From NCBI GenBank assembly GCA_963785305.1, contig CAWAUV010000007.1, forward strand, positions 1,024,001 through 1,088,000: DNA of 64,000 nt, in the 5' to 3' direction. The notes beneath the pieces were generated by a model that searched no databases, was not told the DNA's origin, and saw only the letters and a program-made list of their open reading frames with translations. The DNA comes from an uncultured Planctomycetaceae bacterium (GTDB lineage Bacteria; Planctomycetota; Planctomycetia; Pirellulales; PALSA-1355). The position numbers and the translations under genes are program-made. Positions 24,660 through 35,622 of the stretch are shown here, one piece after another; the stretch's first letter is position 1, and each line of letters begins with the position of its first letter.

Positions 24660-25133
24660 CTAGGCAACGCCTTGTCGAAGCGCTTCGTAGAGCACGATCG
24701 CCACCGAGTTCGAGAGGTTCAAACTCCGAGTTTGCGGCCGCATGGGGATTTTCAGCTTCCGTTCGCCAGCCTCGGCAAGCATCGCATCGGGCAAACCTTG
24801 CGATTCGGACCCAAAGACGAGCACATCGCCCGAGACGAACGACGCGTCGACATAGGATCGCCCGGCTTTTTTGGTAAAAAACCAGGGGCGACTCGCGCTC
24901 GGCAAGCGCGCGAGCAGCGCGGCCCAGTCGTCGACCGCTTCCCATTCGAGAAAGGGCCAATAGTCGAGGCCGGCCCGGCGAAGGTAGTAATCGTCGAGGC
25001 GAAAGCCGAGCGGTCGCACCAGCCACAATTTGGCGCCGGTGGCCACGCAAGTGCGGCCGACGCTGCCGGTGTTGTGCGGAATCTCGGGCTGATACAGCAC
25101 CACATGCAAGCAAGGTTCGTATTGGGGCGCCAT
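24660..25133 (-). CDS. trmL: tRNA (cytidine/uridine-34 2'-O)-methyltransferase, SPOUT family
   Basis: VVLYQPEIPHNTG, RRAGLDYW, VFGSESQGLP, IPM...RSLNLSNSVAI. Confidence 0.93.
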   Translation of the reverse strand: MAPQYEPCLHVVLYQPEIPHNTGSVGRTCVATGAKLWLVRPLGFRLDDYYLRRAGLDYWPFLEWEAVDDWAALLARLPSASRPWFFTKKAGRSYVDASFVSGDVLVFGSESQGLPDAMLAEAGERKLKIPMRPQTRSLNLSNSVAIVLYEALRQGVA

Positions 25134-25500
25134 CGGCTACCTATGTGCTCGGGGTTCTCGCGAGGCAATGCAGAGCGCCGCGCTCGATGACGATGCGGAA
25201 CGGGCCGCGGCGGATACCATCGTAAAGCGAGCGCCGACATTTCTCCAGTTTCGCGATTCGCTCAAAGCGAGCGGCCGCCATGTCGATTGAAGCAACCCGC
25301 AACTTGAGCCGAAATTCAGCGCGAAGACCGGCAAACTTTGCCGGTTATTCCTATTGAATCGGCGCCAATCCGGCCGATCAACCCTAAGCGGCCGGAGCCG
25401 CTCGACGCCCGAGGGCAAATCACCGTTGCCGACGGTCATTTGCCCACGGGGTGAGATTCGCCACACGAGAATTCATTCCCTTATCAAAGCGGAATCGCAC

Positions 25501-26259
25501 GTGGAGCGATTGCCAGAGACTGTTTGCCACGCCGGCCAAGGCGGCGCTGCTGGGCGCCTAGCCGCAGTCGCCATGCTCGCGATCTTGGCCGCCGGCTGCG
25601 CCGGGGGGCTGGGCATCGGCGCATGGCCGCCCGGCGCCGCGCCGCCGGGCTCGTGGCAACAAGGTTCCTGGCAACAACGGGCGCCGCAAGAGGGGTTCTG
25701 GCAGCAGGGCGCCGGTTCGCAAATGGGGCAAGGCGGCGGGTCGAGGTCCCATGGCGCCGGGCAATACGATTCCATGCAACGCGAGTCGCAATGCATGCCG
25801 CGAGACGCCAGGATCAACGATGCGGCCTGCAACGAGTACGATGCCGATGGACAACCGCCGACCGCCCGCCTCGGCCAACGCGTGCTCCACGGATGTCGCT
25901 TGCGGCGCTTCATGCCGCAGCCCAATGCCGGTCCGCCCGACGCGGTGCTCCAGACCGGGGCCCAGTTCGACGAGTCCTATATCCCCCGGGCCGCGGTGGC
26001 TCGACATTGTCCGCCGCCCTCGGTCCATACCCGATTTCATCCCGTGCCGACGCATCCGGTGTTCGGCGGTCCCCCGGGTCAGGACGCGCGTCCGCGGCCG
26101 GAGATGGAGCAGTTGCCTCGCGAATACAACAGCACTCCGCGGCGGGAATCGACGCCGAAACCGCACTACGATTGGGACGAACACCTGGAGCGCGAAAAGA
26201 AACTCAAAGACGCCGAACAGAAGGAAGAGCGCCCGCTCCCGATCTACAACTACTGGTAA
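25501..26259 (+). CDS. Hypothetical (lipo)protein
   Basis: Hydrophobic stretch ending LAAGC; WQQ repeats; RFHPVPTHPVF motif; start uncertain. Confidence 0.55.
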   Translation: MERLPETVCHAGQGGAAGRLAAVAMLAILAAGCAGGLGIGAWPPGAAPPGSWQQGSWQQRAPQEGFWQQGAGSQMGQGGGSRSHGAGQYDSMQRESQCMPRDARINDAACNEYDADGQPPTARLGQRVLHGCRLRRFMPQPNAGPPDAVLQTGAQFDESYIPRAAVARHCPPPSVHTRFHPVPTHPVFGGPPGQDARPRPEMEQLPREYNSTPRRESTPKPHYDWDEHLEREKKLKDAEQKEERPLPIYNYW

Positions 26260-26667
26260 GCGCGGGGTGATCGGGAGCGGGGCGGATCGAGCGCGGAATT
26301 AAAAACTTTTTTGATGCCAGAGCGCATCGACCATCGGGGACGCTAGCAATGGCTGCCTCCCCGCGGGTCGAGAGAGCGAACTTTCATCAAGCGTGCAAGC
26401 CGGCGGTTCCAGGGGGGCCCGCCGGCTTGTTTCGCGCGCCCGTGGCGAAATCGAGAGCACGGGCGTCGGCCAAGGCGGATAGCGCGCTAAGGGCGTCAAG
26501 CTGGGGCGGCTTTGCCGGTTGATCGCACGGAATTGGAGCGAGGTTTTCGACGGACCGATTTACCTTTCGTGCTCACGCCGCAAAGGCGCACAAGGCGGCG
26601 CCTTGACGGGCTTCCTCGCTCGCCCGGCGCCAATCGGCGAAATCCATCCCATCGTTGATCCAACATC

Positions 26668-28032
26668 ATGCGCGGTCGACTCCGATCCTTCGAGAATTCG
26701 ACGAGTTCACTCCCGAGAGCGCACCTCGCATGGACCCTTGGCCTGGCGTGCGTGTGCCTGGCGGTCGGAACCAGCTTCGGCTCCGAACTTCGCCACACGG
26801 CCACCGTCCGCGTCGTGCGGCAGGCCCAGGCGTCGGTCGTGAACATCCACGGCCAGAAAACACTCTCGCCCTCGGATGAAGGTTTCCACAAAGGCGATCC
26901 GCCCCAGCGGGTCAACGGCATGGGCACAGGCGTGGTGATCGACGAGCGGGGCTATATCATCACCAACCATCATGTGGTCGATGGCGTCAAGAAAATTCAG
27001 GTCACGCTGGCCGACAAGCAGACCTACATCGCCACGCTCATGAGCCACGATCTGAAAACCGATCTGGCGATCATCAAAATCAACGCCACGCAGAAACTGC
27101 CCGTCATCACGATCGGCACATCGAGCGATCTCATGACCGGGGAGTCCGTGATCGCCATGGGCAACGCCTACGGCTACGAACACACGGTCACCGAGGGCAT
27201 CGTGAGCCAGCAGCATCGCAGCGTGCAAGTCAGCGAATCGCAAAGCTATGAAGACCTGATTCAGACCGACGCCAGCATCAATCCGGGCAATTCGGGGGGG
27301 CCGCTCCTGAATATCGATGGCGAAATGATCGGAATCAATGTGGCGGTGCGGGCCGGGGCGCAAGGCATCGGGTTTGCCATTCCGGTCGACATGGCGATGC
27401 GCATCGCGGCCGATCTCATGAGCATCCGCCGACTCGATGGCGCCTGGCATGGGGTCGTGGCCGGGAACGATGATCCCATGCATCATGAAGTGGTCGTGGC
27501 CGAAGTCGAGCCCGACAGCCCCGCGGCCGCCGCCGGCTTGCAAGCAGGCGACGTGATAGCCTCGGCCGGCAACTGCGAGGTCGCGCGCCGCGCTCGATTT
27601 CGAGCGGGCACTGCTCGGGCATCGGCGGGCGATTCGGTGTCACTCGTGGTGCGGCGTCGTGCGAAGCCGGTCGAACTTTCGCTCAAGCTTGGGCAAGCGG
27701 CGCCGCGAGTCGAGTCGCCGGTGGATCAAGCCTGGGAGGTGATCGGCCTCAAGTTCGAGCCGATTTCGGCGAAGCATTTTCTGCCCCATCAGTCACGCTA
27801 TCACGGCGGACTGTTGATCACGGCGGTGCGGCCCGATAGTCCCGCGGCTCGGCAGTCGATTCGTCGCGGCGATGTGCTGGTGGGCATGCATGTTTGGGAA
27901 ACGGTCACGCCGCAGAACGTGGCCTACATACTAAACCGACCCGATTTCGCCACGATCGAACCGCTCAAATTTTATATCTTGCGGGGCAACGAAACGCTGT
28001 ATGGGCACCTGCGCGTGTCGATGCGGCCATGA
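26668..28032 (+). CDS. DegP/HtrA-family trypsin-like serine protease with PDZ domains
   Basis: GTGVVIDERGYIITNHHVV, TDLAIIKI, IQTDASINPGNSGGPL, two PDZ-like (PDSPAA) segments; probable compensating indels ~27585-27625. Confidence 0.93.
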   Translation: MRGRLRSFENSTSSLPRAHLAWTLGLACVCLAVGTSFGSELRHTATVRVVRQAQASVVNIHGQKTLSPSDEGFHKGDPPQRVNGMGTGVVIDERGYIITNHHVVDGVKKIQVTLADKQTYIATLMSHDLKTDLAIIKINATQKLPVITIGTSSDLMTGESVIAMGNAYGYEHTVTEGIVSQQHRSVQVSESQSYEDLIQTDASINPGNSGGPLLNIDGEMIGINVAVRAGAQGIGFAIPVDMAMRIAADLMSIRRLDGAWHGVVAGNDDPMHHEVVVAEVEPDSPAAAAGLQAGDVIASAGNCEVARRARFRAGTARASAGDSVSLVVRRRAKPVELSLKLGQAAPRVESPVDQAWEVIGLKFEPISAKHFLPHQSRYHGGLLITAVRPDSPAARQSIRRGDVLVGMHVWETVTPQNVAYILNRPDFATIEPLKFYILRGNETLYGHLRVSMRP

Positions 28033-28295
28033 GCGACGCCACGCCGCATGCCGCGGCTTGCGGCCCGATGGCGCCCGTGGCGAGGGGCAAGCGGCCCCGT
28101 CGATTCGCTCACGGCCGCGGATTGCGAAGCCGGCCTCGGTGGTTGACGGGCTTTTACGTCGCCCTTAGCTTAATAGGAAGAGCTCGGGGGAGCATGGCAC
28201 ACGAATCGCGGGACGATGGAGGCCGGAGCGATCCCCATACGCTCGGCCCCCGGGAACCTGAGCGAACCAAGCTTGTTTGCGGAGAATAAGTCATC

Positions 28296-29339
28296 GTGAG
28301 CATGCCGCGGAAGGCCCCCTGGCTGGCGCTGATGCCGGCGCTTGTGCTGTCGCTGAGCTGCGGCTTGGCGGTCGGGCAGGATTGGGCCATCAAAATGTTC
28401 GATTCCACGTCGCACGACTTTCAAACCGTCGCCCGCGGCGCCAAAGCCACGCATCGCTTCAGAATCAAGAATCTTTATGAAGAGTCGGTGCATATCTCGG
28501 GCGTGCGCAGCAGTTGCGGCTGCACCACGCCGCAGATCGTGAAGCCCGATCTCAAGACGTTCGAGACCGGCGAAATCATCACCGAGTTCAACACCAAGCT
28601 ATTCAACGGCCACAAGTCGGCCACGGTCACGGTCACTTTCGATCGGCCGTTTCCGGCCGAAGTGCAACTGAGCGTCTCCGGATTCATTCGCACCGATGTC
28701 GTGCTCGAGCCGGGCGAGATCGACATGGGCACGGTCGAAGCCGGCGAAGCCGCCGAGAAGATTCTCGGTGTGAGTTACGCCGGCCGCGACGACTGGCGGA
28801 TCGTCGACGCGAAAACCACCGATCCGCATTTTCAGGTCGAGCTGCGCGAGACCGGCCGCGGCGGCGGCCATGTCGGCTATGACGTGGTGGTGCGGCTCAC
28901 GAAAGACGCCCCGCCCGGTTATATCAAGGATCAGTTGATTCTGGTCACGAACGACCCCAAGGAATCGAAGGAATCCGAGATTCCGGTCGACCTCGAGGGC
29001 CGGGTGCTTTCGGCGCTCACGGTGAGTCCGGCCTCGCTCTTCATGGGCGCCGTGGCGCCGGGGCAAACGGTGACCAAACAGCTTGTGATTCGGGGCAAGA
29101 AGCCGTTCAAGATCACGAGCATCGAATGCAAGGACGGCAGCTTCTCGGTCAAGGCGCCCATGGAATCGAAGTCGGTGCATGTAACTCCGGTGGTATTCAC
29201 CGCGGGCGACAAGCCGGGCAAAGTGACCTCGGCGATTCGCATTCACACCGATCAGGGCGAGAGCGGCGTGGCGAAGTGCATGGTGTTTGCCGATGTGGTG
29301 GCGCCCCCGGCCGCCCCCGATCCGCGCCCGACGCCCTAG
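28296..29339 (+). CDS. DUF1573 domain secreted Ig-like protein
   Basis: Signal peptide; HDFQTVARG, VRSSCGCTTP. Confidence 0.82.
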   Translation: MSMPRKAPWLALMPALVLSLSCGLAVGQDWAIKMFDSTSHDFQTVARGAKATHRFRIKNLYEESVHISGVRSSCGCTTPQIVKPDLKTFETGEIITEFNTKLFNGHKSATVTVTFDRPFPAEVQLSVSGFIRTDVVLEPGEIDMGTVEAGEAAEKILGVSYAGRDDWRIVDAKTTDPHFQVELRETGRGGGHVGYDVVVRLTKDAPPGYIKDQLILVTNDPKESKESEIPVDLEGRVLSALTVSPASLFMGAVAPGQTVTKQLVIRGKKPFKITSIECKDGSFSVKAPMESKSVHVTPVVFTAGDKPGKVTSAIRIHTDQGESGVAKCMVFADVVAPPAAPDPRPTP

Positions 29340-29382
29340 CAACTCCGGCGGGAGCTCTTGGCGCCGTTTCCATTCCGCGGCA

Positions 29383-31573
29383 TCAGGCGCCGATCTCGGT
29401 GCGGTCGCCGAGGTCCAAGGCCATCGGTTCGGATGCGGTCGAATCGCTGGGCGCCGAAAAAACGGTCATCGAACACGCCTGCAAGTCGTACACGGCGCCG
29501 GCTTCGAAATACGTGTCGCTGGGAGTGGCGTCGCGGGCGGTGTCGAATTCGATCTTCCACTTTTGACCGTGGCCATTCACGGCCGGCAGGGTGAAGGGAA
29601 TGGCGGCGCCGTGGTCGGCGTTGAAGAGAATCAGCACCGTGTCGCCGTGGATCGCCTCGCCGTGGGAGTCGATGTCGACCTGATCGCCGAATAGCTGCAC
29701 GCCGAGGCACTTCACCCAGCCGGCCCAGCTCGAATCCGACATTTCGGCGCCACTCGGATCGATCCAGGTGATATCGGGCGCTTCGGCGCCCTGGATCGCC
29801 TTGCCGTGGAAGAATCGCCGACGATGAAACACCGGCTGGCTGTTATAGAACGCGAGCAGCCGCCGCGTGAAGTTCAGCAGCGACTGCTTTCGCTCGTCGA
29901 GATTCCAGTCGAGCCAGGAAATCTCGTTGTCTTGGCAGTAGGCGTTGTTGTTGCCGCCCTGGGACTTGCCGAACTCGTCGCCGGCCACCAGCATCGGCGC
30001 GCCTTGCGAGAGAAAGAGCGTGGCCAGCAAGCTGCGTTTCTTGCGCTCGCGGAGGTCGATGATGTCTTGATTGTCGGTCGGGCCCTCGGCGCCGCAGTTC
30101 CAACTCGCGTTGTCGTTGGCGCCGTCGCGATTTTCCTCGCCATTGGCTTCGTTGTGCTTGTGGTCGTAGGACACCAGATCGTTGAGCGTGAAGCCGTCGT
30201 GGGCCGTAATGAAATTCACGCTCGAATGCGGGCGGCGATTGCTCCATTCATAGAGGTCGCTCGAACCGCACAATCGCGTGGCGAACTCGGAAACCGTGCC
30301 GCCATCGCCCTTCCAGAATTTGCGAATGCAGTCGCGATACTTGCCGTTCCATTCGCTCCACAATGTTGGAAAGTTGCCCACCTGATAGCCGCCGCTGCCC
30401 AGGTCCCACGGCTCGGCGATGAGCTTTACCTGCGAAATGATCGGGTCTTGGTGAATGATATCGAAGAAGGCGCCCAGCTTGTCGACGTCGTGCAACTCGC
30501 GAGCCAGGGTGCTCGCCAAGTCGAAGCGGAAGCCATCGATGTGCATGTGCGTGATCCAGTAGCGAAGGCTATCCATGATCATCTGCAAGACCCGAGGCTC
30601 GCGCATGTTGAACGTATTGCCGCAACCGGTGAAATCCATGTAATAGCGCTTGTTTTCCGGCGATAGGCGATAATAGGCCGCGTTGTCGATCCCGCGGAAC
30701 GAGAGCGTCGGTCCCTGCTCGTTGCCTTCGGCCGTGTGGTTGTAAACCACGTCGAGAATCACTTCGATCCCGGCCGAATGCAGATTGCGGACCATGGTCT
30801 TGAACTCGCGCACCACTTCTTGCGGGCCCTCGACCGAGGCATAGCTCTTGTGCGGCGCGAAGAAGGCGAGCGTGTTGTAGCCCCAGTAGTTCGTCAGGCC
30901 ATTGTCGACCAGGTGCCGATCATTGGCGTGGTGATGCACCGGCAAAAGCTCGACGGCCGTGATGCCCAGACCCCGGAGATATTTGATCGCGGCGTCGGTT
31001 CCGAGACCGGCGTACGTGCCGCGCAGTTTCTCCGGCACTTCGGGATTGAGCTGCGTGAAACCCTTGACGTGCATTTCATAGATCACGGTCTTGTGCCAGG
31101 GCACTTGCGGCGGCCGATCACCACCCCAAGTAAAGGCTTCGTCCAGCACCGCGGCCAGCGGCGGCGAATTTCGCATTGTCGCGATCATCGAACGTCAGGT
31201 CTTTCTCCGGGTCGCCGATCTTGTAACCCCAGTCTTCGTCGGCCCACTGCGTCGCGCGGGCGATCGCCTTGCAATAGGGATCGAGCAGCACCTTGTTCGC
31301 GTTGAAGCGGTGGCCGTCGTTGGGAGCGTGGGGGCCATGCACGCGATAGCCATAGACCTGACCGGGCAGCACATCGGGTAAGTAGCCGTGCCAAACCATG
31401 TCGGTCTGTTCCGGCAGCGTGATGCGCTCCGCTTCGCGCTCGGCATCGGCCGAGTCGAACAGGCACAAATCGACTCGCTCCGCGTGCTCGGAATAGAGCG
31501 CGAAGTTCACGCCGCTTCCGTCCCAAGTTGCGCCGAACGGATAGGGCTTGCCCGGCCAAACGCGATGACTCAT
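29383..31573 (-). CDS. glgX: Glycogen debranching enzyme (frameshift ~31162)
   Basis: PYPFGATWDGSGVNFALYS, YEMHVKGFT, NYWGYNT, DVVYNHTAEG, DGFRFDLA, IAEPWD, NFITAHDGFTL, GNNNAYCQDNE. Confidence 0.96.
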
Positions 31574-31825
31574 GGATGCCGTTCTTATTCAAGGGAATGA
31601 GGGGGGAGATTGGTTGGCACCACAAAGCAAATTTCGAGCCGGCGTTTATATTTCGATAACCATGATACATTTCGCCAATCGCAAAAGGCTCGTTACCTCC
31701 GCGCCGCGGGTTGCGGTCGTTTGTAAGCCCGATTGGCGGAGCAGCGACCAGCGGCGCCAGTCCGATCGACCGCCCCCGTGGCGGTTTCGGGTCCAGCACA
31801 CGGCAATTGCGACCGGCGCCAGCGA

Positions 31826-32512
31826 TCAACTTTTCGCCAGCGACCAGAGCGGCGCGAGTCCGATCGTGGCGCGCAGCAGCAGGGTCACGACCAAATAGAA
31901 TCCGTAGTGGATCGAGCCACTGGCGAAGTCGATGTCGAAGCTGGCCCAGGCCGCCGCGGCCCCGATCGCGACGAACAGCGGCCCGACGAAGAGCCATTCC
32001 CAGGGTTCGCTCAGCATGTCCCCGGGAATGAACATGAACGCCGCCCACAAGAGCCCGTAGGCCAGCGAGCAGAGCGTGGCCCGGAGCCAGAGCGAGCGGC
32101 CGGAATAGGGTTCGAGCTCGTCGTTGCGCAGCACATTGTAGCTGCCCACGGCGACCGGCGGCGAGACCATCGCGAGCCCCAGGGCGATCACGATCCATTT
32201 CAAGCCGGCCGGCGCCGCGCGGGAAATATAAGCCACGGCGAAGGTCACCACCACGCCCAGCACGATCGCGCCCACGACCGCGGGTTTGAACTTCGTTTCC
32301 TGGCGAGGAATCGGCTTGCTGACCGGGCGGCCCTTCTTGTCCTTGCCCGCCGAGGCATATTGCTCGGGTTCGGCGATTTTGATTTCGGGCGCCGCGAGGG
32401 CCGGAATCTGAATGATGGCTTTGCATTTGGGACAAGGCCCCCGCTTGCCGGCGAACTTATCGCTCACCGAGAAACGGGCTTTGCATCCCGCGCACAGAAC
32501 GGCGATCGGCAT
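31826..32512 (-). CDS. Zinc-ribbon N-terminal, multi-TM membrane protein
   Basis: MPIAVLCAGCKARF...GPCPKCKA followed by about five hydrophobic helices. Confidence 0.8.
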   Translation of the reverse strand: MPIAVLCAGCKARFSVSDKFAGKRGPCPKCKAIIQIPALAAPEIKIAEPEQYASAGKDKKGRPVSKPIPRQETKFKPAVVGAIVLGVVVTFAVAYISRAAPAGLKWIVIALGLAMVSPPVAVGSYNVLRNDELEPYSGRSLWLRATLCSLAYGLLWAAFMFIPGDMLSEPWEWLFVGPLFVAIGAAAAWASFDIDFASGSIHYGFYLVVTLLLRATIGLAPLWSLAKS

Positions 32513-32911
32513 CGAAAGAACTCGAAAAAGAAGAGAGTCGGATTCGCGGCTGGGCGGCCCCTGGCGCGTCGGAAGCTGGCCGCGGCCCGCCGATCCGCCT
32601 ATCCACGGCCGGCCGGAAACGATTGCAGGAAAACTTCGCGGCGCCGCGCGCACTGGGGAAACCGCGCGTTTCGCCATTGCTGGCCGCGCTGGCCCTTGCG
32701 ACTTCTCCAGTTTCGCACAGCCCGGGCACGACTTCAAGGCGACACTGCCCGCCGGCGAAAGGCTCGGCAGGCTCGGCGGGCCGGCCGGCGGTAGGTTGCG
32801 ACCCCGAAATCAGCGAGATATAGTATCGGATTGCAAGGGGCCTTGGGCGCGCGCGATGGGGAGAGCGGCAACCGCGGCCAAAAAAGTGCGGGCTCACCGA
32901 AAGTCGCGACC

Positions 32912-34094
32912 ATGGAAGCCAAGCTCGTTATCGTCAGCGGCGCCCAAAAGCCGACCGAATTCAAGCTCAAACTGCCCACCGTGATCGGTCGCAGCCGCAG
33001 CGTCGATTTGCCGCTGGGCCATTCGCTCGTCAGTCGCCAGCATTGCCAATTGTTCGAAGACGGCGGCCGGCTCAAGCTCCGTGACCTGGGCTCGCTCAAC
33101 GGCACCATTAAAAACGGCGCTCGCATCACCGACGAAACGGTGCTCGAGCCAGGCGATCGCTTCACGGTCGGTCCGGTCACGTTCGAGGCGGTGTATGGCG
33201 TGATGCCTCGGCGCGAGACTTCCGACTCGGCCACGTCCAATTCCGACGACTTTTCCGACACGTTGCAGTTGCCGCCGCGCGCGAGCGGCTCGCATAGCGG
33301 CATCGCTCCAAACGCCGCGGCCCATGTGGCCAGCCATCTCGACACGGTGGAGCACGACCCGGAGCAGGCCCCCGAATCCGCCGCGGAACAGGCCGAGTCC
33401 GAACCGGCCGCCGCGGAACATGGGCCCCCCGGCGTCGCGCCTCCCGAGGCGGCGACCCCCGAGGCCGCGACCTCCGACGAGCTGAGCGCCTTCAATGCGA
33501 AAGCAAGCGCGCCGAAGACGCGCCCCATCGTGCGCCGAAGACGCGCCCCATCGCGCGCCGAAGTCGAGCCCGAACCGTTGGACCTCGACGTGTCCAGCGA
33601 GCTTCAGCTTTCGGAGGCGCCGGACGAAGCATCGCCGGAGGCCGAGGCGATGGGCGACGATCCGTTTGATTTTCTGGGCGGCGCCGACGAGCCGATCGCG
33701 CCGGTGGCCGACGCCGAGGAGTCGCCTCCTCCGCACGACGCCGCCGACGAGCCCGCGAGCGACTCCGAAGAACCGCCGGCGAGGGCGAGCCGCGACAAAC
33801 CAGCGAAGAAGCTGGGCTTTTGGGGCAAGAAGACGCCTCCTCCGGTGAAGGGCGCGAAATCGCCCGCCGCCAAGTCGCCCGCCGCCAAGCCCTCGGCCAA
33901 AGCCGCCGACCGCGCGAGACGAGAAGCATTCCGCAGCCCCGGATGACGACGCTTCTTCCAGCCCCGCCACCGACGTCGCCGCTTCGGCCGAGCCGCACGA
34001 CGCCGAAACGGAGTTCCTGCCGCCCCCGGCCCACGGCCCGGAGTCGAGCGAACAAGCATCGCCGCCCGACAACGTGTTCGACTTTCTTCAGTAG
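32912..34094 (+). CDS. FHA-domain protein with acidic/Pro-rich disordered tail (frameshift ~33910)
   Basis: VIGRSRSVDL...VSRQHC...DLGSLNGT; shifted frame ends PPDNVFDFLQ-TAG 34094. Confidence 0.85.
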
Positions 34095-34120
34095 CGATCG
34101 GCTCTCGCGATCGTCGAACC

Positions 34121-34477
34121 ATGCTCCTCTTCAAGAAGAAATTTCTCGACGCGATCCGCGCGGGCGAGAAAACGCAGACGATTCGACTCTGGCCCTTCTG
34201 CCGCATGAAAGCCGGCCAACGGAGCTATATTCCAGGGGCCGGATACATTCGTGTTCTGGCTGTCGACAAAATCGAATTGGCCGCGCTTGAAGACGCCGAT
34301 GCTCGGCCCGACGGCTTCGCCACCGCCGAAGCGCTGTCTCCGAATTGCAGGGCGCTCTACGGCGAACAGCTCGCCGCCGGACAGCAAGCGTATCGGATTC
34401 GGTTCGAGGTGCTGAGTGCCCCGGAGCAGGCCGAGGCCAAAGCCGCGCGCCAGGCCCGAAAAAGGCTTGTCCAATAA
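34121..34477 (+). CDS. ASCH domain protein
   Basis: MLLFKKKFLDAIRAGEKTQTIR...DARPDGF...YRIRF. Confidence 0.85.
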   Translation: MLLFKKKFLDAIRAGEKTQTIRLWPFCRMKAGQRSYIPGAGYIRVLAVDKIELAALEDADARPDGFATAEALSPNCRALYGEQLAAGQQAYRIRFEVLSAPEQAEAKAARQARKRLVQ

Positions 34478-34573
34478 GTCCGCGCGATCGAAGCACGCGC
34501 TGCCGGAAGCAAAGTTCGCAATCTCGCGACGCGACGCGGAAGTGGCGCACGGGAACGCGGGGAAGGAGCCTTG

Positions 34574-34676
34574 GCCACGGAATCTCACGGAAAAACACGA
34601 AATCATAAGCGAGGAAATTCCTCCGGGGCCCATTCCTTTCTCTTCGTTCCGTGCTCTTCCGTGCGTTTCCGTGGCC
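34574..34676. repeat. REP-like inverted repeat of CACGGAA units
   Basis: GCCACGGAATCTCACGGAAAAACACGAAA ... TTCCGTGCTCTTCCGTGCGTTTCCGTGGC; another GCCACGGAA at 34741. Confidence 0.65.
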
Positions 34677-34781
34677 TCCCCCACGCTCTCCCCTCGCGAG
34701 AAAGCCTGCTGAAATAATTCAACAGGCTGGAGAGGATACGGCCACGGAACAACGAATCACGAAGTTGTTTTCCGTCGGCTC

Positions 34782-35379
34782 TTAATCGGCAGGTCGCCAG
34801 CGATCGCCCGCGGGAAGCCAGCGGTATCCATGGCGATGGACGACCGGAATATATCGGCCGAACTGCTGCTCGAAACGGTAGCCCGTCTCGGACTCATAGA
34901 TCATCGCCACCGTGGTGCGTATCACTTGCCAGTGCTCGTTGGGCAAGAGCTTCAGATAGACCTCGGTGCCCTCGCGCACCGTGTCTTCGGCCAATTTCGG
35001 GTCCCAGCGGCGGAGCAGATCGAGCGCTTCGCGGGGGAAGGTTGATGTTGAATCGCCGCGCGTCCTGGGTCGTGCCGGGACCAAAGGCGATGCCGAACCG
35101 GCCGTCGCCCAAGTACAGCGACCAGACCCGGCGATTGAGCCTCGCGTCGAAGTGGCTGTAGATATTGTTGGGGCGAAGCTGCTCCGCGGGCATCGGCAGC
35201 GTTTTGCCCGTTTCGGGATCGAGCTTGCGGATGCCCAGGCCATCGTCGGCGCGGGCCGGGCTCGAAAATCCAGCGCCGGCCGCCGCGGCAACGATGGCCC
35301 CGATCAGTGCAAGCCGCCAAATGGCGCCATGCGTCGCATGGGCCGGCTGGTTCTTCGACCGCCGCGCACGGGACATCAT
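34782..35379 (-). CDS. Secreted hypothetical protein (frameshift in G-run ~35035)
   Basis: Signal ...LALIGAIVAAAAGAGFSSPARA-DD; joins ORF 34782-35291 at NLP/REAL if one G is removed. Confidence 0.65.
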
Positions 35380-35404
35380 CGACGCGTGTCTCCCGCCGAA
35401 CAAT

Positions 35405-35449
35405 CCAAATAGAACATCGCCAAATAGAACATCGCCAAATAGAACATCG
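35405..35449. repeat. 3 x 15-bp tandem repeat (CCAAATAGAACATCG)
   Basis: Three exact copies in a divergent intergenic region. Confidence 0.95.
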
Positions 35450-35622
35450 AGAGTATCGTTGGTTATCGGTCGCCATCGCAAGCCGCAAGGCACGAAAACG
35501 CGAATTCCCGGAGGTGTTGCCTGCCGCTCTCGATTCGGGCAACATATAATCGGCCCGGTCCGAATAGTTTCTCGGTCGCCCGGGCCCTTCCGCCCCGTTC
35601 CCCCATTGCCCACGAATTCGCC

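Noticed and set aside
31614..31630. Sigma-54-like TTGGCACCACAAAGCA near glgX
   Set aside because: GG-to-GC spacing is 9 rather than 10 and it points away from glgX.
35405..35449. Possible CRISPR array (also 4804-4850)
   Set aside because: Units are 15 bp and directly abutting with no spacers; no cas genes in the window.
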